From Taeniopygia guttata (taxonomy: Eukaryota), in assembly GCF_048771995.1 (NCBI RefSeq), contig NC_133041.1, forward strand, positions 4,599,324-4,663,323: DNA of 64,000 bases, read 5' to 3'. A program made the translations under genes and the position numbers. The notes below the pieces were generated by a model that saw only the letters and a list, made by a program, of their open reading frames with translations, did no database searches and was not told the DNA's origin. Positions 22,380 through 33,110 of the stretch are shown here, one piece after another (positions within the stretch are counted from its first letter, which is position 1; each line of letters begins with the position of its first letter).

Positions 22380-23860
22380 CCGATATTCTGCCCCAAAATT
22401 CCCCCCAATATTACCCCCAAAATCCCAAAAATCCCCCCCAAAAATTATCCCCAAAGTCCTTCAAAATCTCCCCAAAATTTCCCCAAAATCCCAAAAATCT
22501 CCCCCAGATTCTCCCCCAAATTCCCTCCAAAATCCCCCCAAAATCACCCCAAAATCCCCCCAAATTCCCTCCAAATTCCTCCCAAAATTCCCCCCAAAAT
22601 TCTCCCCAAATCTCCCAAAACCCCCCAAATTTCCACAAAAAGCCCCTAATATTTTTCCCTGAAAATCCCACATTTCCCCCCTAAAAATCCCAAAATTCCC
22701 CACAAATCCCCAAAAATCCCAAATTTTACCCCAAAATCCCAATTTCCCCAATTTTTTTTCCAGAAAACCCAAATTTTACCTAAAAATCCAAAATTTCCCC
22801 CAAAAATTTCCCAAAATTCATAAATTTTCTTAAAACTCCCCTCAAAAATCCCAAATTTCCCCAAAATTCCCCCCAAAATCCAAATTTTCCCAATCTTTAC
22901 ACAAAAACACCCAAAAATTCCAATTCTCTTATTTTTTTCCCCAAAAATCCCAAATTTCCACCTAAAACCCCCAAAATTCCCCCAAAATTTTCCCAAAAAA
23001 ACCATTTTTTCCCCCAAATTTTCCCACAAAACCCCACATTTTCCCCATAAATAACCGATTTTTCCCCAAAAATCCCAAATTTCCCCCCAAAATCCCCATT
23101 TTCCCCAAAATTTTCCCAAAATTCCTCCCAAAAATCCCAATTTTTTCCCAAAACCCCCAAATTTCCCCAAAATTCCCCTCAAACACCCCAAATTTCCCCA
23201 AATATCCCCCCAAAAATCAAAATTTTCTGCAAAATTCCCTCCAAAATCCCAATTTTTTTACCAAAACGCCCAAATTTCCTCAAAATTCCCCTCAAAAACC
23301 AAAATTTTCCCAAAATTCCTCCCAAAAATCCCAATTTTTTCCCCAAAACCCCCAAAATTCCCCAAAAATCCCCTCAAAAATCAAAATTCCCCAAAATTCC
23401 CCTCAAAATTCCCAAATTTCCCCAAAATTCCCCCCAAAATCCCATATTTTTTCCCAGGACCCCCAAATTTCCCCAAAATTCCCCTAAAAAACCCCAAATT
23501 TCCCCAAAATTCCCCAAAACCTTCAAATTTCCCCAAATATCCCCCGAAAAATCAAAATTTCTCCAAAATTCCCCCCAAAAATCCCAAATTTCCTCAAAAT
23601 TACCTCAAAAAAAATCCCAATTTTCTCCAAATTCCTTCCAAAAATACCAATTTTTTTACCAAAAAAACCAAATTATCCCCAAAATTCCCCCCCCAAAATA
23701 ATAATTTTTGTCCTGAAAAAAACAATTTTTCCCCAAAATTTCCCCCAAAATCCCAATTTTTTTACCAAAATCCCCAATTTTTCCCTAAAATTTTCCCAAA
23801 ACCCCCCAAAATTTTCCCAAAAACCCCCAAATTTTCCCAAAAAAACCCCAAATTCCCCCA
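22380..23860. repeat. C/A-rich satellite (ccccaaaattcccc..aaatcccaaattt, ~40-bp)
   Basis: The periodicity is visible directly. Confidence 0.85.
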
Positions 23861-23870
23861 AAATTTTCAC

Positions 23871-26800
23871 CTTCCTGGGATTCCACCACGTCTCTTCCTC
23901 CTCCTCTTCCTCCTCCTTCCTCCTCCTCTTCCTCGTCCCCCGCTCTTCCTCCCGCTCCCGTTTTCGCCGTTTTTCCGCCCATTTCGCCAGCGGCAAATCC
24001 TCGGAATCCTCCGAATCCGACCCCGCCGATTTTTGGGGCAATTTCGGGGATTTTCGGGCAATTTTTGGGGCTTTTTCGTCCTCTTCATCTTCATCCTCTT
24101 CTTCCTCGCTCTCAAATTTTGATTTTTTGGTCAATTTTTTTGTCATTTTTTGCCTTTTTTCCTCAATTTTTCCTGTTTTTTTCCTGTTTTTCCCACCTGG
24201 ATCTTCCTCTTCTTCCTCTTCTTCCTCCTCATCTTCATCCTCATCTTCATCTTCTTTGCTCTCAATTTTTGATTTTTTGGTCAATTTTTTTGTCATTTTT
24301 TGCCTTTTTTCCTCAACTTTTCCCGTTTTTCTCCCATTTTTCTTGCCTGAATCTTCCTTTTCCTCCTCCTCATCTTCATCCTCTTCATCCTCTTCTTCCT
24401 CGCTCTCAAATTTTGATTTTTTGGTCAATTTTTTGGTCGTTTTTTGCCTTTTTTCCTCGGTTTTTCCTGTTTTTTTCCCATTTTTCTTGCCTGGATCTTC
24501 CTCTTCTTCCTCCTCATCTTCATCCTCCTCTTCCTCACTCTCAAATTTGGATTTTTTTGCCCCTTTTTGCCTTTTTTCCTCGATTTTTCCCGTTTTTTTC
24601 CTGTTTTTCTTGCCTGGATCTTCCTCTTCTTCCTCCTCATCTTCATCCTCCTCTTCCTCGCTCTCAAATTTCGATTTTTTGGTCATTTTTTTTGTTATTT
24701 TTTGCCTTTTTTCCTGATTTTTTCCCGTTTTTTTCCTGTTTTTCCCGCCTGGATCTTCCTCATCTTCCTCCTCATCTTCATCCTCCTCTTCCTCACTCTC
24801 AAATTTTGATTTTTTTGCCGCTTTTTGGGTCACTTTTTGCCTTTTTTCCTCGATTTTTCCTGTTTTTTTCCTGTTTTTCCCACCTGGATCTTCCTCTTCT
24901 TCCTCTTCTTCCTCTTCATCTTCCTCGTCCTCGCTCTCAAATTTCGATTTTTTGTTCAATTTTTTGGTCGTTTTTTGCCTTTTTTCCTCGATTTTTCCCG
25001 TTTTTCTCCCATTTTTCTTGCCTGAATCTTCCTCTTCTTCCTCCTCATCTTCATCTTCTTCATCCTCCTCTTCCTCACTCTCAATTTTTGATTTTTTTGG
25101 CCTTTTTTGCCTTTTTTCCTCCACTTTTCCTGTTTTTTTCCTGTTTTTCCCACCTGGATCTTCCTCTTCCTCCTCCTCATCTTCATCCTCCTCTTCCTCA
25201 CTCTCAAATTTCGATTTTTTGGCCAATTTTTTGGTCATTTTTTGCGTTTTTTCCCCAATTTTTCCCGTTTTTTTCCTGTTTTTCCCACCTGGATCTTCCT
25301 CTTCTTCCTCCTCATCTTCATCCTCGTCTTCCTCACTCTCAAATTTTGATTTTTTTGCCCCTTTTTGCCTTTTTTCCTCGATTTTTCCCGATTTTTTCCT
25401 GGTTTTCCCGCCTGGATCTTCCTTTTCCTCCTCCTCATCTTCATCCTCTTCATCCTCCTCTTCCTCACTCTCAAACTTCGATTTTTTGGCCAATTTTTTG
25501 GTCATTTTTTGGGTTTTTTCCCCAATTTTCCCCGTTTTTTTCCTATTTTTTCGGTCTGGCTCTTCCTCTTCCTCCTCCTCATCTTCCTCCTCCTCACTCT
25601 CCATTTTCCTCCTTTTTCCCCCCATTTTTTCCCATTTTCCCCCTTTTTTCTCCTCATTTTTCCCAGATTTTGCTGATTTTTCCCCAATTTTTCCCCTTTT
25701 CACCCCGATTTTCTCCCTCTCTTCTTCCTCCTCCTCTTCCTCCTCCTCACTCTCCATTTTCCCCTTTTTCGCCCCGTTTCTCCCAGAATTTTCGGATTTT
25801 TCTCCAATTTTTCCTTTTTTCACCCCAATTTTTATCCTCTCCTCTTCCTCTTCCTCCTCATCTTCCTCACTCTCAATTTTCCTCCTTTTTGCCCAATTTT
25901 TCCCCATTTTTTCCTCATTTTTCCCCCCAAATTTCTTCATCTCCTCCTCTTCCTCCTCCTCCTCTTCCTCACTTTCAATTTTCCTCTTTTTTGCCCCATT
26001 TTCCCCCATTTTTTCCTCATTTTCCCCATCATTTTTCCCGGAATTTTTGGATTTTTCTTCATTTTTTCCATTTTTCACCCCATTTTTCTTCCTCTCCTCT
26101 TCCTCCTCCTCCTCCTCTTCCTCATTTTCAATTTTCCCAATTTTTTGCCCATTTTTGCCCATTTTCCCCTCATTTTTTTCCTTTTTTGCCCCATTTTTCC
26201 TTTCTTCTTCCTCGTCCTCTCCATCACTTTCAATTTTCCCCATTTTTGCCCCATTTTTTCCAATTTTTTGACCATTTTTCCACTTATTTGCCTCATTTTT
26301 CTTTTCTTCTTCCTCCTCCTCTTCCTCACTTTCAATTTTCCCCATTTTTGCCACATTTTTTCCCACTTTTTCCTCATTTTTTCCCATTTTTGCCTCATTT
26401 TTCCTTTCTTCTTCCCCCTCCTCTTCCTCACTCTCATTTCCCCCCTTTTTCTCCCCATTTTTCCCAGAACTTCTGGATTTTTCCTCATTTCTTCCTTTTT
26501 TCACCCCATTTTTCTCCCTTTCCTCTTCCTCCTCTTCCTCACTTTCCATTTCCCTCATTTTTTTCCCATTTCCCCCCAATTTTTCCTCATTTTCCCCCTT
26601 TTTTGCCCCATTTTCCCTTTCTTCTTCCTCCTCCTTTTCCTCACTTCCAATTTTCCCCATTTTTGCCCCATTTTCCCCCATTTTTTCCTCATTTTCCCCC
26701 GTCTCTTCCTCATCTTCATCCTCCTCTTCCTCGCTCTCAAATTTCGATATTTTCACCCTTTTTTTGGTCATTTTTTCCCTTTTTTCCACAATTTTTCCCA

Positions 26801-27137
26801 ATTTTTTCCCGCCTGGATCTTCCTCCTCATCCTCATCTTCCCCTCCCTCAAATTTCGCTTTTTCTCCCCATTTTTTCCCCATTTTTTCCCCGATTTCCCC
26901 CGTTTTTCCCCCATTTTTCCTCTCTGCCTCCTCCCCTCCCTCCTCTTCCCCCTCCCCCACCATTTTCCTCATTTTTGTCCCATTTTCCCCCATTTTTTCC
27001 CCATTTTCCTCCTCATTTCTCTTCCTCCTCTCCTCCTCTTCCTCAGCCCCATTTTTCCCGCCATTTTCACTTTTCCCGCCATTTCCGCCATTTTCCCGCC
27101 ATTCTCCCCATCCGCCAGGGGGCGCCCCTCTGGCCAC
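23871..27137 (-). CDS. HIRIP3: Putative HIRIP3 large acidic exon expanded into ~25 in-frame tandem repeats of ~120-135 bp (K/E/D-rich); the 5' limit is unknown
   Basis: A 1154-codon open frame lies on the HIRIP3 strand with units ..DPGGKNRKKTGKIEEKRQKMTKKLTKKSKFESEEEEDEDEEEEEE... It ends ..[50 protein letters not shown] with a strong donor AAG|GTGAAAA at 23870, in phase with exon 21207-21351. Human HIRIP3 has a comparable Ser/Glu/Lys-rich centre. Caveat: a purine-only repeat whose unit is a multiple of 3 stays open without selection. Confidence 0.4.
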
Positions 27138-27901
27138 GCCCCCTTCCAGCTCCGCGCATGCGCAATCGGCCTCGCCGCCACCCGGCGCCCTGCGGAGAAG
27201 AAAAGGGCGTGGTCAAACAGGGCGTGGTCAAACAGGGCGTGGCAGCATCGGGGGCGTGGCCAACGCAAGGCGTGGCCCCCCCGGGGGGGTCTCCGGTGTT
27301 TCCCCTCCCCCCTCCCGGTACCGTTCGCAGCCGCTCGCCGCCGCCGCCGCCGCCATTTCTGCGCCCTCAGAGCAGCGACCAATGAGGATGGGGATGAACG
27401 ACAGTGAGGCGGGGCTTGAGGCGTGATAACCAATGAGGTGCAGCGCTATGAACCAGGAAGCGGCGACAACCAATAGAAGCGAGGAAAAGGCGGGGTGAAG
27501 TTGAGCGGCAGCAGTTTTGGCCAATCAGAAGCGCGGCAGAACAGCGCAGGCCAATAGAGCGCGGAGCAACTTGTGGGAGTGAATGGCAGCCACTTTAACC
27601 AATCAGAAGCCGGCTAGGAGCTGCAACAACCAATTAGAAGCGTCAGTAGGCGGGGCTAAGCTGCTGAGCCATGCCTAACACGGAAACGCTTGGCGCGTGA
27701 TTGACAGCAGCGCCACCCAATCAAATCGCCGCTTTCTGACGGTTTAACTAATCACACACAGCAGAAGGCGGGGTTTAATCCCGCTCCCGGAGAAGAACCC
27801 GGAAGAGGAACGCGGGGTTGGACCAAAAGGGACCAATCAGGAGGCGGCGCGGGAAGGGGAGAGCCAATGAGGAGCGAGGGGAAGGGCGGGGCTTGTCCGC
27901 C
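27138..27901. promoter_or_regulatory. HIRIP3/INO80E bidirectional CpG-island promoter with an array of 11 same-orientation CCAAT boxes
   Basis: CCAAT boxes lie at 27379, 27430, 27470, 27521, 27551, 27599, 27629, 27717, 27833 and 27864 (plus a variant 27748), mostly in the context RRCCAAT[CG]AG, which is the NF-Y consensus. There are also runs of gggcgtggtcaaacagggcgtgg and an ATGGCGGCGGCGGCG stretch on the minus strand (about 27340). The INO80E ATG follows at 27902. Confidence 0.65.
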
Positions 27902-27985
27902 ATGAACGGGGCGAGCGAGGGCGATGGCGGCGGCTACAAACGGCGCTGCCGGGCCCTGAAACGGCGCCTGAAGCTGCTGCTCTAC
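27902..27985 (+). CDS. INO80E: INO80 complex subunit E, exon 1 coding part
   Basis: It encodes MNGASEGDGGGYKRRCRALKRRLKLLLY with the donor TAC|GTGAGG. It matches human INO80E [27 protein letters not shown]. Confidence 0.85.
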
Positions 27986-28059
27986 GTGAGGGGCGGGGCC
28001 AAGGGGAAAGGGGAGGGGCTTAAAGGGCGGGAAGGGAAAAGGGGCGGGGCTTCAGCGTG

Positions 28060-29100
28060 AGGGGAGTGGGGGGCAATGGGGGGAATGTGAAATATTGGGG
28101 AAAAAATGGGAATTTTGGGGGGAAAAATGGGAAAATTTGGGGGGAATAGGGGAGTTTTGAGGGTTTGGGGGGGTTTTGGGGAAAATTTGGGGGTTTTGGG
28201 AAAGAATTTGGGGGTTTTGGGGGGGAAAATGCTAATTTTGAAAGGAAAAATACCGAAATATTGGGGGAAAAAAGTGAATTTTTAAGGGGAAAAATGGTAA
28301 TGTTTGATGGGAATTAGGGAGTTTTGGGTGTTTGGGGGAGTTTTGGGGGGTTTGGGGGAAAATTTGGGGGTTTTGGGGGGAAAAATGATAATTTTGAAAG
28401 GAAAAATACCGAAATATTAGGGGAAAAAAGTGAATTTTCAAAGGGGAAAAAGGGTAAAGTTTGGGGGAATTAGGGAGTTTTGGGTGTTTGGGGGAGTTTT
28501 GGGGGTTTTTGGGGAAAATTTGGAGTTTTTGGGAGGAAAATGGGAATTTTGAAAGGAAAAATACCGAAATATTAGGGGAAAAAAGTGAATTTTTAAAGGC
28601 TAAAAAGGGTAAAGTTTGGTGGGGGAAAATACAATTTTTAGGGGGAAAATTGGAATTTTTGGAGAGAAAAAAAGTCAACTTTTGGGGTAAAAATTTGAAT
28701 TTTTGGGGACAAAAAGGACCATTTGGGGGTAAAAAAGGTTGAATTTTCAAGGGTAAAAGCTGACTTTTGGGAGGAAAAAAATAGAATTTTTAGGGGGAAA
28801 AGGTGGATTTTTGAGAGGAAAAAAAGCCAAATTTTTGGGTAAAAAAGGTGAAATTTTTGAGGGGGAAAATGGTAAATTATGGGGGAGAAAAAGTCAAATT
28901 TTGTGGGGAAGAACATGAATTTTTAGGGGTAAATAGCCAAATATTGGGGGCAAAAAAAGCTGAATTTTTGAGAGCAAAAAAAGAGAAATTTTAGGGGGGA
29001 AAACCTAAATTTCGGAGGGGAAAAAAGCCAAATTTGGGGGGGAGGGGGGGGAACGTGAATTTTAGGGTAAAAAAGCCAAATTTTGGGCAAAAATTAAAAT
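28060..29100. repeat. ~130-bp satellite (ggggaaaaatg.taattttgaaaggaaaaataccgaaatattgggg..) in INO80E intron 1
   Basis: The periodicity is visible directly. Confidence 0.85.
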
Positions 29101-29108
29101 TCCCCCAG

Positions 29109-29179
29109 GAGCAGGAATGTTTCCAGGAGGAGCTGAGGAGGGCCCAGCGCAAACTCCTGAAAGTCTCCAGGGACAAAAG
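29109..29179 (+). CDS. INO80E: INO80E exon 2
   Basis: The acceptor is tcccccag| and the donor AG|GTACC. It encodes [23 protein letters not shown](R/S), matching human [24 protein letters not shown]. Confidence 0.9.
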
Positions 29180-29199
29180 GTACCAAAATCATCAAAATT

Positions 29200-30150
29200 C
29201 ACCCCAAAAATTCCTTTTTTTCTTCAAATTCTTCAAATTCCTTAAAATCGTCCTAGAAAGTTCACAATTTAAAAAAATTAATTTAATTTTATTTCCAAAA
29301 TTCTAAATTTTTCAGATTTTTATTTTGAATTTCCAAATTTTTAAGATTTCTATGCTTAAAAATAACCTATTTTTAAAATTTTAGTTTATGTTCTTTCTAA
29401 ATTCCCAGTTTAAAATTTTTTTCCAAGATTCTCAAATTTTAAAAAAATTTTTCCCAAATTGCCAACTTTTATTTCTATTTTTTGCCCCAAAAATTTCCTT
29501 TATTAGAATTTTTATTTTTACTTTTTTTTTTTCCAAGTTCTCCATGTTTTTTTTTTATTTCTTGATTTTTCCCAAACTTCTGTTAGGCTTTTTTTGCAAA
29601 AATCCTCAATTTTTAAAAACTTCCCATTTTGACTTCTGTTTTTTCCTAAAGTCGTTAATTTCTGGTTTTTATTTCCATTTAATTTTTATTTATAATTTTT
29701 TTTTTTATTTAGCTTTCTAATTTTTCAATTTTTAGTTTTTATTTATTTTTCTTTTAATTTTTTCACAACTTTTTTTAATTTTTAGGTTTTATTTATATTT
29801 TTTTGTTTCAATTTTTTATTTTTGTCTTTTAATTTTAATTTTTTATCTTTATTACTTTTTTATTTTTAATTTTTTTTCTTTATGTTTTTTACTTCTAATT
29901 TTTTATTTGTCTTTTTTATTTTTATGTCTTTTTTATTTTCATTTTTTCCTTATTTTTAATTTTTAGTTTTGTTTCTATTTTTTATTGATTTTTTTTTCTT
30001 GCTTTTATTTCATCCTAGAACCTCACTTTATTCAATTTTTTTCCTTTTTTTCCCTTATTTTTCCCCCAAAATTCCCAACTTTTTCCATTTTATTTAAAAT
30101 TTTTTTTCCCCTTCTTTTCCCCCCCAAAACCTTCAAATTTTTGGTTTTTT
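29200..30150. repeat. AT-rich low-complexity block (tttttaattttttatttt) in INO80E intron 2
   Basis: It is low complexity and T-rich. Confidence 0.8.
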
Positions 30151-30157
30151 TCCTCAG

Positions 30158-30210
30158 TTTCCTTTTGGACCGGCTCCTGCAGTACGAAAACGTCGACGAT
30201 GATTCCTCAG
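30158..30210 (+). CDS. INO80E: INO80E exon 3
   Basis: The acceptor is tcctcag| and the donor G|GTACC. It encodes (S)FLLDRLLQYENVDDDSS, matching human SFLLDRLLQYENVDEDSS. Confidence 0.9.
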
Positions 30211-30315
30211 GTACCTCTGGGGGGTCAAAGGTCAAACCCAGGGGGGGTCAGAGGTCAAACCCGGGGCTGGCCCCGCCCCTCCCGCACCCCCTGATTGGCT
30301 CCTCCCCCTCCCCAG

Positions 30316-30391
30316 ACTCGGAGGCGACGGCGTCGTCCGACAACAGCGACGGCGACGGCGCCAAGGGGGCGGAGCCAACGCCCGCCAAGAG
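30316..30391 (+). CDS. INO80E: INO80E exon 4
   Basis: The acceptor is ccccag| and the donor AG|GTCAGC. It encodes [25 protein letters not shown](R), matching human [27 protein letters not shown]. Confidence 0.85.
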
Positions 30392-30419
30392 GTCAGCGAG
30401 GGGTTAAAAAATCCAAGAT

Positions 30420-31330
30420 GGCCGCCAGGGTGGGCGTGGTTTCAAAATGGCCGCCCAAGAGTTGGGAGGGGTTTCAAAATGGCGGATCTTGAGGTGGGCG
30501 GGGTTTCAAAATGGCGGATCTTAGGTGGGCGGGGTTTCAAAATGGCGGAGCTTGAGGTGGGCGGGGTTTCAAAATGGCGGATTTTGAGTTGGGTGTGGCT
30601 TCAAGATGGCTGCCGTCATGGTGGTAAAAATCTAAGATGGCCACCATTGTGGGTCTCAAAATCCAAGGTGGCTGCCATTATGGGGGCCAAATTTCAAAAT
30701 GGCTACCATCCTGTGGGTGAAAATCCAAAATGGCCACCAATATGGAGGTTAAGATTCAAGATGGCCTCCACCATGTGGTTTAAGATTCAAGATGGCTGCC
30801 ACCATGAATGTAAAATTTCAAGATGGCCACCATCATGGCCGTCAAATTTTAATATGGTTGCCACCATTTGGGTGAAAACCCAATATGGCTGCCATCATGG
30901 CAGTCCAATTTCAAGATGGCGGCCACCACGTGGGTGAAAATCCAAGATGGATACCATCATGAATGTAAAATTTCAAGATGGCCACCATTATGGATGTCAA
31001 ATTTGAATATGGTTGCCATAATTTGGGTGAAAATCCAATATGGCTGCCATCATGGCAGTCCAATTTCAAGATGGCGGCCACCACATGGGTTAAAATCCAA
31101 TATGGCTGCCATCATGGCAGTCCAATTTCAAGATGGCGGCCACCACGTGGGTGAAAATCCAATATGGCTTCCATCATGGCAGTCCAATTTCAAGATGGCG
31201 GCCACCACGTGGGTGAAAATCCAATATGGCCGCCATTATGGATGTCAAAATCGAAGATGGCTTCCATCATGGCGGCCAAATTTCAAGATGGCTGCCACGA
31301 TGAATGACAAAATCCAAGATGGCTGCCTAA
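30420..31330. repeat. ~60-bp satellite carrying a YY1-core (AAGATGGCGGCC) and an E-box (CACGTG) in INO80E intron 4
   Basis: The unit ccaatatggctgccatcatggcagtccaatttcaagatggcggccaccacgtgggtgaaaat occurs about 15 times, with divergent copies toward the 5' side. Confidence 0.85.
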
Positions 31331-31363
31331 TAAGTGGGCGTGGCCAACGCTTCTTCCTTGCAG

Positions 31364-31415
31364 GCGCCGCTCTCCGACCCCGCCCCCCTCAAACTTTGGC
31401 CCCTCCTCCTATTTG
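31364..31415 (+). CDS. INO80E: INO80E exon 5
   Basis: The acceptor is ttccttgcag| and the donor TTG|GTGAGT. It encodes (R)RRSPTPPPSNFGPSSYL, matching human KRKRSPPLGGAPSPSS.. The phase is consistent with exons 4 and 6. Confidence 0.75.
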
Positions 31416-31504
31416 GTGAGTGCCCCTCCCCTTCCTCTTTAAGCCCCGCCCATTTTTGCGGACAAAGTGGGCGGGGCCTGACGTGGCCCCTCCCCCTTCC
31501 CAAG

Positions 31505-31606
31505 ATGGCGTCGCCGCCGTACGGGTCGTTCCCCCTCCCCCCGCAGGGCGGGGCCCGGCCACGCCCCGTCCCCGCCCGGCGCAGCAAAGGGACGCGCAGA
31601 GGCCAG
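31505..31606 (+). CDS. INO80E: INO80E exon 6
   Basis: The acceptor is cccttcccaag| and the donor CAG|GTGAGG. It encodes MASPPYGSFPLPPQGGARPRPVPARRSKGTRRGQ, matching human ..SRYPPFPSDY..LRPKREKRPRLPRKLK. The acceptor choice is slightly uncertain, with an alternative at cccgcag|GGC (31546). Confidence 0.7.
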
Positions 31607-31609
31607 GTG

Positions 31610-32800
31610 AGGGGCGGGGCTAACGGAAAGGGGTGGGGCTAAAGGAAAGGGGTGGGGCCAAAAAGAAAAGGGGCGGGCTAAAGAAAAAGGGGCGGGGATA
31701 AAGAAAATTTATTAACGGAAAAGGGGCGGGGCTAAACGGAAAGGGGCGGGGATAAAGAAAAAGGGGGTGGGGCTAATGGTAAAGGGGTGGGGCTAAACGG
31801 AAAGGGGCGGAGATAAAGGGAAAGGGGAGGGGCTAAAGAAAAAAAGGGTGGAGCTTAAAATAAAGGAGGTGGGGTTAAAGGGAAAGGGGTGGGGCTAAAA
31901 GAAAAGAGGTGGAGTCAAAGAGAAAGGGGTGGGGCTAAAGGAAAAGAGGAGGGGCTAAAGGGAAAGGGGTGGGGCTTAAGGGAAAGGAGGTGGGGCTAAA
32001 GGGAAAGGGGTTAAAAGGAAAAGAGGTGAGGCTAAAAAGAAAGGGGTGGGGCTAAAGAAAAAGTGTTAAAAGGGAAAGGGGCGGGGCTAAATAAAAAGGG
32101 GCGGAGCTAAAGAAAAAAGTGTTAGTGGGAAAGGGGTGGGGCTAAAATGAAAGGGGTGGGGTTAAAAGGGAAAGGGGTGGGGCTAAAGAAAAAAGGGGTG
32201 GAGCTTAAAAGAAAGGAGGTGGGGTTAAAGGGAAAGGGGTGGGCTAAAGGGAAAGGGGCGGGGCTAAAGGGAAGGGGCGGGGCTAAAGAAAAAAGTGTTT
32301 AAGGGAAAATGCCGGTACCAAAGGGAAAAGGGGTGGGGCTAAAGTGAAAGGGGTGGGGCTTAAGGGAAAGCAGGTGGGGTTAAAGGAAAAGGGGTGGAGC
32401 TAAAGGGAAAGGGGTGTGGCCAAGGGAAAGGGGCGGGGCTAAGGGAAAAGGGGCAGGGCTAAAGGGAAAGGGGTGGGTATAAAAAAAGAAAGGGTTAAAA
32501 GGGAAAGGGGCGGGGCTAAAAAGAAAGGGTGAAAAGTGTAAGGGGCGGGGCTAAATAAAAAGGGTTAATGGAAAGGGGTGGGGCTAAAAGAAAAGGGGTG
32601 GGGCTAAAGAAAAAGGGTTAAAAGGAAAAGGGGTGAGGCTAAAGGGAAAGGGGCGGGGCTAAAAAGAAAGGGGGTGGGGCTAAAAGGAAGTGGGATTACG
32701 GGAAAGGGGTGGGACTAAAGAAAAGGGGGTGGGGCTAAAGAAAAAAGGCGGGGTTAAAAGGGGAAAGGGGTGTGGCTAAATGGGGAGGGGTCATGGGGGT
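31610..32800. repeat. 18-bp GC/GT-box satellite (aaaggggtggggctaaag / ggggcggggc), ~65 copies, in INO80E intron 6
   Basis: The periodicity is visible directly. Confidence 0.9.
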
Positions 32801-32867
32801 CAAGGTGGGGTCAGGGGTCACTCAGCGGTCACTCACTGACCCTCCCCCCCTCTCTCCCCCCCCCCAG

Positions 32868-33110
32868 CCCCCTCCCGCCCCTCCCCCTCTGCCCCTTTCG
32901 GGGGGTGGGGCGGGGGCGGGGCTGGGCGGGGGGCGTGGCCCTGGCTCGCCCCTCCCCCCGGCGCTGGCCCCGCCCCCGGCCCCGCCCCCCGTGCCCCCCA
33001 CGCTGCCCCGGCGGCTCCTGAGCGGCCCCGGGGGCGGGGAGGGGGAGGGGGAGGGCAGCGACGACCCCCTGGACGGGGACGACGAGCTGGTCATCGACCT
33101 GCCCGAGTGA
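32868..33110 (+). CDS. INO80E: INO80E terminal exon (stop TGA at 33108-33110)
   Basis: The acceptor is cccccccag|. It encodes a Pro/Gly-rich segment followed by ..PPTLPRRLLSGPGGGEGEGEGSDDPLDGDDELVIDLPE*, matching the human INO80E C-terminus ..[22 protein letters not shown]. Confidence 0.85.
   Translation, partial: PPPAPPPLPLSGGGAGAGLGGGRGPGSPLPPALAPPPAPPPVPPTLPRRLLSGPGGGEGEGEGSDDPLDGDDELVIDLPE

Noticed and set aside
24065-27385. A 1106-aa plus-strand ORF (LDLPLLPPHLHP..FFAFFPQFF)
   Set aside because: It is the reverse strand of the purine-rich HIRIP3-sense repeat. The pyrimidine-only strand stays open trivially, and there is no homology.
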